Shown one piece after another: positions 20,080 through 27,697 of a DNA stretch of 64,000 bases. Under the pieces are notes generated by a model. It searched no databases. It was not told the origin of the DNA and saw nothing but the letters and a program-made list of their open reading frames with translations. Within the stretch, counting starts at the first letter, position 1. Each line of letters begins with the position of its first letter. Position numbers and translations under genes: made by a program. The DNA comes from Candidatus Bathyarchaeia archaeon (lineage in GTDB: Archaea > Thermoproteota > Bathyarchaeia > Bathyarchaeales > DTEX01): NCBI GenBank assembly GCA_038897035.1, contig JAWAXF010000003.1, positions 64,064-128,063 on the forward strand, in the 5' to 3' direction.

Positions 20080-21516
20080 ATGCAGGTTGTTTCCGGAGTC
20101 CTATGTCCATTCTGCGGGTGCTGCTGTGACGACCTTGAAGTTCTCCTTGAGAATAATACCGTCGTTGATGTTAGGAATGCCTGCGCCCTAGGCGCCTCGA
20201 AGTTCATGGAGTTCTCCACGCATAGGAACGCTAAGCCCCTCATAAGGAAGAATGGTGAGCTAGTGGAGACGACCCTCAATGAGGCGATAAGAAAGTGTGC
20301 AGAGATCCTGGCAGAAGCATCATATCCACTCCTATACGGCTGGAGCAATACAAGCTGCGAGGCAATAAGGGTAGGCCTAGAGCTTACTGAGGAAGTCGGT
20401 GGGGTCGTAGATAACACCTCCACGGTCTGCCACGGCCCATCCATCCTAGCGATACAGGAGGTTGGGATACCGGGGTGCACGCTTGGGCAGATAAGACATA
20501 GAGCTGATCTAGTGATCTACTGGGGGTGCAATCCATGGAGCGCACACCCACGTCATCTGGAGCGCTACACAGCTCTCTCCGAGGGTAGGTTCCAGCGGGC
20601 CGCGTGGAGACGCTATCTATCACGCTTAATCCTCGAGTCTGCTATGAAGAGGCGCTATAGGGCTGCGGGCAGGGTTCTTAAGGGTGGGACTGCGGCACTA
20701 CCCGCCGGGGAGGAGAGGGAGTGGATGCTCCCACCACCGGAAGAGAGAAAGCTTATTGTCGTAGACGTCCAGAAGACTAGGACGGCCAGCTTAGCCGATA
20801 TCTTCATTAGAGTAGAGCCGGGCGGAGACTATGATGTTCTTCAGGCCCTACGCGCATTGATCCGTGACGAGGATCTCGATGTAGATAATGTTGCTGGCGT
20901 TCCAGTCGAGAAGCTCGAGGAGCTGGCGGACATGATGGTTAACTGCAGGTTTGGCATACTCTTCTTTGGGCTCGGCTTAACGATGAGCGTGGGCAAATCT
21001 AGGAATATTGAGGTTGCGATAAAGCTGACTAGAGACTTGAACATGTACACAAAGTTCCTCATTATGCCCATGAGAGGCCACTTTAACGTAACTGGAGCGA
21101 ACGTCGTCTCAACTTGGCAGACAGGATACCCATATGCCGTGGATCTATCACATGGATACCCGAGATATAATCCTGGTGAGACGTCGGCCATAGATATCCT
21201 GTCGAGAGGGGATGCAGATGCAGCACTTGTAATTGCCTCCGACCCAGTCTCGAGCTTCCCAAGGAAGGCTGTTGAGCACCTCGCCAAAATACCGCTCGCA
21301 GTTATTGATCCGTGCATAACGCCGACGGCGCTAATGGCCGACGTAGTCCTTCCATCCGCCTTTGTTGGAATAGAGGCTGAGGGAACCGCCTATCGCATGG
21401 ATCACGTCCCCCTCCCATTAAAGAAGGTTGTTGAGCCACCCGAGGGAATTCTTCCAGACGAGGAAATACTTCGCAGAATACTTCGTGAAGTAAGGAAAAT
21501 TAAAAGGGGTTCTTGA
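20080..21516 (+). CDS. fwdB: Formylmethanofuran dehydrogenase subunit B (Cys type)
   Basis: N-terminal CPFCGCCCDD FeS motif, active-site TVCHGPS, and HPRH, GILFFG, PMRGHFNVTG motifs. Carries a ~48-aa Arg/Ala-rich insertion (see findings). Confidence 0.88.
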   Translation: MQVVSGVLCPFCGCCCDDLEVLLENNTVVDVRNACALGASKFMEFSTHRNAKPLIRKNGELVETTLNEAIRKCAEILAEASYPLLYGWSNTSCEAIRVGLELTEEVGGVVDNTSTVCHGPSILAIQEVGIPGCTLGQIRHRADLVIYWGCNPWSAHPRHLERYTALSEGRFQRAAWRRYLSRLILESAMKRRYRAAGRVLKGGTAALPAGEEREWMLPPPEERKLIVVDVQKTRTASLADIFIRVEPGGDYDVLQALRALIRDEDLDVDNVAGVPVEKLEELADMMVNCRFGILFFGLGLTMSVGKSRNIEVAIKLTRDLNMYTKFLIMPMRGHFNVTGANVVSTWQTGYPYAVDLSHGYPRYNPGETSAIDILSRGDADAALVIASDPVSSFPRKAVEHLAKIPLAVIDPCITPTALMADVVLPSAFVGIEAEGTAYRMDHVPLPLKKVVEPPEGILPDEEILRRILREVRKIKRGS

Positions 21517-21627
21517 GTTCGATAAGGGTCGAATTTAGGCGTCGCATTACCCCTCTTTAAGCCATCGTCACAAAATAAAAATAAACCGTTCAAGTATTCA
21601 TAAAAGGAGATGTCTACTTAAAATAAT

Positions 21628-22077
21628 TTGGGTGGAAATATGGTTAAGCCAAAAACTTATCCACTCTTCTATGCTGGAAGGCGGATGCATTGGGCTAAGG
21701 GCGCTGTTGCGAATGGCTTTGTCTTTCTGGCGGGGACCGAGGGAATAGATCCTGAGACATTGAGGCCGGTTGAGGGGATTGAAGCCCAAACAAGACTGGC
21801 ACTAGAAAAAGTTAAGGCTAGGCTGGAGGAGATGGGCTCATCATTAAATCATATCGTTAAAATAACATATTATATAGCTGGGGAATTCCCGGAGGGCGTA
21901 GTAACCTCAGAAAAATATCAAAGGATGGCAAAAGTCAGAGATGAATTCTTTAGGGAGAATGGCATAGATCCAGCAGACATCCCCTCAGACCTCATAGGCG
22001 TTACGGCGCTCGGCAGAAAGGGTATGGAGATAGAGATAGCCGTCATAGCAACCCTAAAAGATCCAAACGAAACTTAG
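21628..22077 (+). CDS. RidA/YjgF family protein
   Basis: ~145 aa with the FLAGTEG...ITYYI...MEIEIAVIA pattern of the RidA fold. The start could instead be the ATG at 21640. Confidence 0.7.
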   Translation: MGGNMVKPKTYPLFYAGRRMHWAKGAVANGFVFLAGTEGIDPETLRPVEGIEAQTRLALEKVKARLEEMGSSLNHIVKITYYIAGEFPEGVVTSEKYQRMAKVRDEFFRENGIDPADIPSDLIGVTALGRKGMEIEIAVIATLKDPNET

Positions 22078-22296
22078 TTTCCAGTTTTCTTATTTTTCCT
22101 TTCTCGCTTTAAGCCGAAAAGAGAACGTTGCCTCGCTTTAGATAATAATTGAGTATATATTTTGGTTTATTGAATTTTTATGTTGTTAGGCGGGTTGAGC
22201 TCCGCCTTTACCCCATATGTGGCGAACCCTTGGATGATGGGGAAGCCGAAGGGGAAATCAACCAGCCTCCGCAGAAAGTGGGGGTGAAAGAGATCT

Positions 22297-22785
22297 GTGA
22301 GATTTAGGCTAAGGGAGATATCGTTAACCGTGGTTTTCGCAGCCCTCTACGCGGTAGCAGTCATTTTATTAGCGCCGATAAGCTTCGGTGTATGGCAGGT
22401 TCGGGTGGCTGATGCGCTGTTACCGCTATCAATAGTCTTCGGCATGCCCTGCGCCGTGGGCTTGAGTCTGGGCTGCATTATGGGGAATATATATGGCGGC
22501 CTAGGGCCAATAGACATTATTGGCGGGTCAATCGCGAATTTCATAGCATGCTTCATCGCATATCAGATAGGAAAGAAAAATAGCGTCGTCGCAAGGTTTC
22601 TCGGCTCCCTCGCCGAAACAGTAATTATAACTGTTATAGTCGGCGGATACCTAGCATATCTATTTAATATACCGTTGGAGTTAAGTATAGTAGGGGTTCT
22701 CGCAGGCTCCGTCATCGCTATAAATGTGATGGGGTTCACTCTTGAAGAGATTATAAGACGTATGTACGCCCACCCTACAAGGTGA
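22297..22785 (+). CDS. queT: QueT-family queuosine/archaeosine-precursor transporter
   Basis: GTG start, with GGGGTGA about 10 nt upstream. Five to six TM helices and the WQVRVADALLPL motif characteristic of QueT. Confidence 0.7.
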   Translation: MRFRLREISLTVVFAALYAVAVILLAPISFGVWQVRVADALLPLSIVFGMPCAVGLSLGCIMGNIYGGLGPIDIIGGSIANFIACFIAYQIGKKNSVVARFLGSLAETVIITVIVGGYLAYLFNIPLELSIVGVLAGSVIAINVMGFTLEEIIRRMYAHPTR

Positions 22786-22834
22786 GAAAATATAGTAGAA
22801 GCTACTTAAAGATAGAACAAAAAGAAGAAAAGAT

Positions 22835-23206
22835 TTAAGATTTAGTGGTGATGAACGTTTTCTTGAGAGGCCAGGTTATTTTCGCCGTTGCGATCTTCAA
22901 CGTGTACCAGCTTACCGCGAGTATTATTCCCCAAGCCGCGACTGTTGTAGCGGTCATCATCGCTCCGATCGTCGCCATTTCATGCAGCATTATCGGTATG
23001 TCTGCTGGGTTAGCCATAGCAGTTAGGAATGGTGGCCATGGGACAACTTCGCCATGCCATACATGCTCCAGAGCCAGCAGTATCACTCCTCCCCAGAGCA
23101 GGGCATTAAGGATCCAAATCTTCAGCCTTTCAGCCAAGCTACGCGCAGTCTTCTGTATGGTGGATGTTACTATTGCTAACACCATTGGAACTAGGAAGCA
23201 CGCCAT
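22835..23206 (-). CDS. Small membrane protein (paralog A)
   Basis: Three predicted TM helices. Start placed at the internal ATG (MACFLVPMVLAIV). Shares the LWGGxILLALEHV / W-IIL pattern with the divergent neighbour. Confidence 0.55.
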   Translation of the reverse strand: MACFLVPMVLAIVTSTIQKTARSLAERLKIWILNALLWGGVILLALEHVWHGEVVPWPPFLTAMANPADIPIMLHEMATIGAMMTATTVAAWGIILAVSWYTLKIATAKITWPLKKTFITTKS

Positions 23207-23277
23207 CTTCTTCCCCCCAAGATAACACAAATTTTATATTTCGTAACACCAATATAAAACTATCTGAGGAAACGGTC

Positions 23278-23571
23278 ATGTGGCTTATAATCCTAGCCCT
23301 TGCGGCCGCTATAGCCACTCCAATATGGTATTCTAAGGCTGAGGATGATAAATACATGCTCAGAATTCTCTGTCTAATTCTCTGGGGTGCAGCGATAATG
23401 ATCCTCGTAGACCGCGTGATGGGTTACTTCATGGAGGGTGGAGCTTTCCTCGAGCTAACGCCAGAAGCTGCCGCCTTAGGCTTCACAATGCTAACAGCAG
23501 CTCTCATACTCTGGGAAATAATACTATTACTCAAAGATCCAAAGTGTGTTATTCGCAAAAGAGCAGCGTAA
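23278..23571 (+). CDS. Small membrane protein (paralog B)
   Basis: ATG at 23278 preceded by GAGGA. MWLIILALAAAI...ILWGAAIMILVDRV...LILWEIILLL. The 5' part of the track ORF overlaps the divergent gene and looks non-coding. Confidence 0.55.
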   Translation: MWLIILALAAAIATPIWYSKAEDDKYMLRILCLILWGAAIMILVDRVMGYFMEGGAFLELTPEAAALGFTMLTAALILWEIILLLKDPKCVIRKRAA

Positions 23572-23926
23572 CATAATGAAAGATAACGTCGCAGGAAAAC
23601 CGAAGAATGCTATTTTTAGCGTCATCCACTATAATTAATCTCCATTTTTGCCAATCTGATAGGACCTTAAACTTAGGTGCGGCGCCCCTATCAGATCTAA
23701 AAACCCAAATGGGTTCAATCTTTCTTTCTAAGAGTTAACGCGAGTCTTTAATCTCTTCTAGAATACGCTTAACTCGAATCTTCAGCCTTTTTAGACGAAA
23801 GGATGAGTAATAAAAGTTTTAATTCAAGATTTACATTTACTTTTTTACAAGACACGGCGGCTGTTGCTGGTGGAATGTTTGGCTGGCCGTGCAAGCAGGG
23901 CTTTGGATTATCAGAGAGCCGAGGCT

Positions 23927-25258
23927 ATGGGGCTGGAGAAAATCTCTAGACTTTTAATGCGTTTTTCGGTGCCTGCTATTATTGCTAATGAGGGGGAAGC
24001 ATTCTATGAATTATTTGACGCAATTTGGTGTGGACGTATCGGCACAGAGGCGCTTGCCGCATTAACTGTTGCCGGACCTTTGATGGCGATATATAGGGCT
24101 ATTGGCGTCGGAATAGCCGTTGGAAGCGCCTCTCTAGTTGCTAGGCGTCTTGGAGCTGGAAAGAAAAGCGAGGCTGATGGGGCAGTATGCAACACCATAA
24201 CCCTCTTTTTAATTGTAAGCGGGGCGATATCACTCATCTGCTTGGCAGGCTTAGGCTTCCTGCTAAGACTCTTCGGAGCGTCGGAAGCCGTTTTCCCGTA
24301 CGCATACAGCTACATGTTTATTGAAACATGCTCTATGCCCGTTGACTTCTTTTTGGTCGTTGTTGCAGAGCTTATTAGGGCCCAAGGGAGCCCAACTATT
24401 GCAAGCGCGGGCTTGATTTTGGCAAATATAGCCGACATCATTTGGAGTCCAATTCTAGTTTTTGGGGTTGGTCCATTCCCAGCCTTAGGGATCGCCGGAG
24501 CGGCGTTTGGAACTCTTATAGGGCGTGCCATAGGATCAGCACTTTTAACACCCTATTTAGTGTTTAAAACCATATATAGGTTTAAGCCCACATATTTCAG
24601 ACTAAATTATGAAACGGTTGCTGAGATCTATAGTATTGGGGCGTCCAGCACTTTAAGGATGGTTGCGGTCTCCATATCCCAAATGCTAGCTTGCATAGCG
24701 GCATCCCCCTTCGGAACAGTTCCATTAGCTATTCTTGGCGTTCTATTCAGAATTGCTAGGCTAAATTTTGCATTCTGCATAGGCTTAAGCCAAGCTGTGG
24801 TGCCGCTTGTAGGATATAATTATGGAGCGCAGAAAGAAGAGCGCATCCGTGAAATTGTGGTTAAGGCAATATTAGTCAGCGTTATGTGGGGGGCATCGTG
24901 GTACACGGCGGTTATTCTTTTTCCAACACAAGCATTATCACTGTTCACCGTAGATCCAGAATTCTTAAGCGCAGGGGTATCTGCACTACAGATTTTCGCC
25001 ATAACCTTTCTAACAATGTCAGAAGTGATAATAAGCGCATTCTTTCAGGGAATAGGAAGGGCAACCCCAGCTCTAATTGTAACATCTGCCCGCCAAGTTA
25101 TCTTCTTAATACCCTGTCTCCTCATATTACCCTACACGCTTGGCTTGAACGGGTTATGGCTGGCATACCCTATAGCAGGAGTCTTAGCTATTGCATTAAG
25201 TTTAATCTTAACATTTCTCGAATTCCGAAAATTAAGGCCTAATAAAATCCCCATTTAA
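23927..25258 (+). CDS. MATE family efflux transporter
   Basis: 12-TM profile with a typical MATE N-terminus (LLMRFSVPAIIAN). Start taken at the ATG with an upstream GAGG. The track ORF begins at 23864. Confidence 0.8.
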   Translation: MGLEKISRLLMRFSVPAIIANEGEAFYELFDAIWCGRIGTEALAALTVAGPLMAIYRAIGVGIAVGSASLVARRLGAGKKSEADGAVCNTITLFLIVSGAISLICLAGLGFLLRLFGASEAVFPYAYSYMFIETCSMPVDFFLVVVAELIRAQGSPTIASAGLILANIADIIWSPILVFGVGPFPALGIAGAAFGTLIGRAIGSALLTPYLVFKTIYRFKPTYFRLNYETVAEIYSIGASSTLRMVAVSISQMLACIAASPFGTVPLAILGVLFRIARLNFAFCIGLSQAVVPLVGYNYGAQKEERIREIVVKAILVSVMWGASWYTAVILFPTQALSLFTVDPEFLSAGVSALQIFAITFLTMSEVIISAFFQGIGRATPALIVTSARQVIFLIPCLLILPYTLGLNGLWLAYPIAGVLAIALSLILTFLEFRKLRPNKIPI

Positions 25259-25482
25259 TACCCAATGGGCAAAGCCTGTCCCCAGCTTAGTCGCCGGAAT
25301 AATCCGCCTCGACCAGCTTTATGCTAACAGTATGGGAGCCAACATGTCCAGATGATTTCCTCTTATGTAAAGAGCCTGCACAAAAGGAAAATTTTCCAAA
25401 TATCGGTTAAAAGATCTTAAAAGTCCTTTTATCTTGTTTTATGTAGACAGAAATGTTTATAGATTTGTAGACGATAATAATT

Positions 25483-25719
25483 GTGGTGGTGTTTACGAGC
25501 ACCGTAATCAGCGTTAGGGTTAGAGAAGAGATCAAGAAGCTGCTGGAAGAAAGTGGCCTAGATGTAAGTGAAGAGGTTAGAAAGTATTTAGAGGAACTGG
25601 CATGGAAGGTGAAGATTAAAAGGATGATTGAGAAGTGGGATATTATTTTAAGGGATGTGAGGCCAAGTGAAGTAGGCTTCTCCGAGAAGTCTGTGAGGGA
25701 AGATCGTGAGAGTCATTGA
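25483..25719 (+). CDS. vapB: VapB-type antitoxin
   Basis: 78 aa, charged and helical. Overlaps the downstream PIN gene by 14 nt. Confidence 0.65.
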   Translation: MVVFTSTVISVRVREEIKKLLEESGLDVSEEVRKYLEELAWKVKIKRMIEKWDIILRDVRPSEVGFSEKSVREDRESH

Positions 25720-26101
25720 CTCCTCAACTTTGATCAAATATTTTACGCATGAGGATGGGTGGGAGAAAGTTAGAGAGATCATCTTAGAAGGTGTAATAAC
25801 GCTAGATCTGGCAATAAAGGAGGTGGCAAACGCATTATGGAAAAAAGTTTTAAGAGGGGACTTGAATCATGAAACTGCAATAAGAATTCTTAAGGACATT
25901 GTGGAAGAGAAGCCTTTACCAATCATAAACCAGGATAAGTATCTGGTCAACGCATTTGAAATCTCGGCGAAGCATGGAATAACAATATACGACGCGCTAT
26001 TTATAGCCCTATCAAAAGAGAGAAACCAAGAGCTGGTAACAAGCGATACCAAGCAGGCGAAAATAGCGAGGGAGCTGGGACTGAAAGCCATATTAGTTTA
26101 G
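25706..26101 (+). CDS. vapC: VapC PIN-domain toxin
   Basis: MRVIDSS (first acidic residue)...ITIYDALFIALS...VTSD, which is the PIN acidic quartet pattern. Confidence 0.8.
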   Translation: MRVIDSSTLIKYFTHEDGWEKVREIILEGVITLDLAIKEVANALWKKVLRGDLNHETAIRILKDIVEEKPLPIINQDKYLVNAFEISAKHGITIYDALFIALSKERNQELVTSDTKQAKIARELGLKAILV

Positions 26102-26250
26102 CGCAAAAGCTATGATATACCCACTGGAATCTCTGAATTAAGTTTTACCATGTAGATTTGAGACGTGACTAAAACCCGTGTTTCATTAAAGCAAGCATAG
26201 CCAACGCTAAAAATAGATAAAAGAGAGACCATAGACTCGAACCCAAAAGA

Positions 26251-26393
26251 TGGCGGGCCCGCCGGGATTTGAACCCGGGATCTCCGGCTCTCCTCGGCCT
26301 CTGTGCATTTTAAGGGGAAGCCGACCCTAGAAGGCCGACGCGTTATCCATGCTACGCCTCCCGAATCGGGCTTAAGTCCGATTTCACGGGCCC
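26251..26393 (-). tRNA. tRNA-Arg(UCU) with two introns and encoded CCA
   Basis: Minus strand reads GGGCCCG-UG-[27-nt intron AAAUCGGACUUAAGCCCGAUUCGGGAG]-GCGU-AGCAUGGAUA-ACGC-G-UCGGC-CUUCUA-[38-nt intron]-A-GCCGG-AGAUC-CCGGG-UUCAAAU-CCCGG-CGGGCCC-G-CCA. The spliced product is a 78-nt canonical cloverleaf. Confidence 0.85.
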
Positions 26394-26527
26394 TAGACGC
26401 CATCCCAGCGGCCCATCTTACTCTGTTATCATGGTGGAATTTAAACTTTAATCTTTGGTATGGCATGTTTTTGCGGTATATGCTCGTGTATTGGAGAAGA
26501 TTTTAAATTCTCCATCCTTCTATTCTG

Positions 26528-27061
26528 TTGGGATGGACGATGTGCATACTTGGCAGGGATATGCTCATTGAGTTGATAGAAAAGTATAAGTGTATCTATC
26601 CATTTGATCCCAACCTCCTCGACGGAGATGGCTACGTTTTAACGGTTAAGGAGGACGTTACACTACAATATCTTGAACACAAAAATCTTATCTCAAATGA
26701 GATAGTGTTCACCCCACCGAACATTGTTGCGCATCTAACAGCGAAGAGCAAGTATGGTAGGATGGGCCTCTCCTTCCTCAATGCGGCTAAGGTTCACAGC
26801 GGCTTTGTTGGGAGACTAGCCCTAGAAGTAGTTAACTTAAGTAATGACAGGTCTCCAATAACGATTAAGCGCGGCGATCCATTTATGCATATAGAATTCA
26901 TAACTAGGATGGGCGCCCCCTCGCCGTACACAGGCGAGTACCAGTTCCAATATATGACAGATGAAGAGATAAAAATATATATTCCAGTCCTAAGGAGTCT
27001 CCTTAAAAATTATGATGAGCTGGCTGTAATATGGTTTAAAAATAGACAACTTACTCTTTAA
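26528..27061 (+). CDS. dcd: dCTP deaminase / dUTPase-fold protein
   Basis: SKYGRMGLSF...VHSGFVGRLALEVVNLS...GDPFMHIEF matches the dCTP deaminase family core. The start may be the ATG at 26540. Confidence 0.7.
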   Translation: MGWTMCILGRDMLIELIEKYKCIYPFDPNLLDGDGYVLTVKEDVTLQYLEHKNLISNEIVFTPPNIVAHLTAKSKYGRMGLSFLNAAKVHSGFVGRLALEVVNLSNDRSPITIKRGDPFMHIEFITRMGAPSPYTGEYQFQYMTDEEIKIYIPVLRSLLKNYDELAVIWFKNRQLTL

Positions 27062-27188
27062 GTAATCCCTGCTCGATATTTCGACTTAAAGGATTCCAGC
27101 CGCTGAAACTACCTCTTTCCGTCATGCTTATATTAATGTTTAAATATTTTTGCCAAAAACTTATTGTTAAGAGGGTTAGGGAGCAAAT

Positions 27189-27686
27189 ATGAAGGCGCGA
27201 AACTACAGGGAAGTTAAGGGCATGCCGTATACCAGGATAGAATATGTTGATAGTATTCCGCAGTCAAAGATAACTAAGTATACTCTGGGGAAGCCCTCAG
27301 AGGTGTACACCTATCAGGTTTCGCTCTTAGCGGATGAGCATGTTCAGATTAGGCATAATGCCCTCGAAGCAGCGAGGATTGCAGCCAATAGGTACCTACA
27401 GAAGATGCTGGGCGAGAAGTTTTTTATGCGGGTTATGGTCATACCGCATGTCATTTTGAGAGAAAATAAGATGGTGATGGGTGCGAAGGCCGAGAGACTC
27501 CAGAAGGGTATGCGTAGGGCCTTTGGTAAACCGGTTGGTAGGGCGGCCCGCGTTGAACCGGATCAGGAGATAATAGTTGTTAGAGTGGATGAGAGCGGTT
27601 TGGAGATAGCCAAGGAGGCTCTGAGAAGGGCCGCTACAAAGCTCCCAACCACGTGTAGAATAGTTATTGAAAAGATTTCTGCCTAG
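27189..27686 (+). CDS. rpl10e: 50S ribosomal protein L10e (uL16)
   Basis: YTRIEYVDSIPQSKI...IRHNALEAARIAANRY...GMRRAFGKP is typical of archaeal L10e. Confidence 0.9.
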   Translation: MKARNYREVKGMPYTRIEYVDSIPQSKITKYTLGKPSEVYTYQVSLLADEHVQIRHNALEAARIAANRYLQKMLGEKFFMRVMVIPHVILRENKMVMGAKAERLQKGMRRAFGKPVGRAARVEPDQEIIVVRVDESGLEIAKEALRRAATKLPTTCRIVIEKISA

Positions 27687-27697
27687 CAAGTAGACGG

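Noticed and set aside
658-21317. Many long antisense ORFs inside well-supported genes (e.g. 658-990, 1328-1795, 11293-11883, 15252-15701, 20037-20480, 20841-21317; likewise 28754-29155, 55565-56020)
   Set aside because: Their Ser/Pro/Ala/Arg-rich low-complexity translations lie opposite genes with clear family motifs. This is typical of shadow ORFs in GC-moderate coding DNA.
22234-22287. 17-aa basic upstream ORF (MMGKPKGKSTSLRRKWG) in the queT leader
   Set aside because: It is too short to support and has no ribosome-binding signal of its own. I treated the region as a possibly structured leader instead.
26110-26506. 118-aa (minus) and 67-aa (plus) ORFs
   Set aside because: Both overlap the two-intron tRNA-Arg gene and its flanks. 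Neither shows protein-like features.
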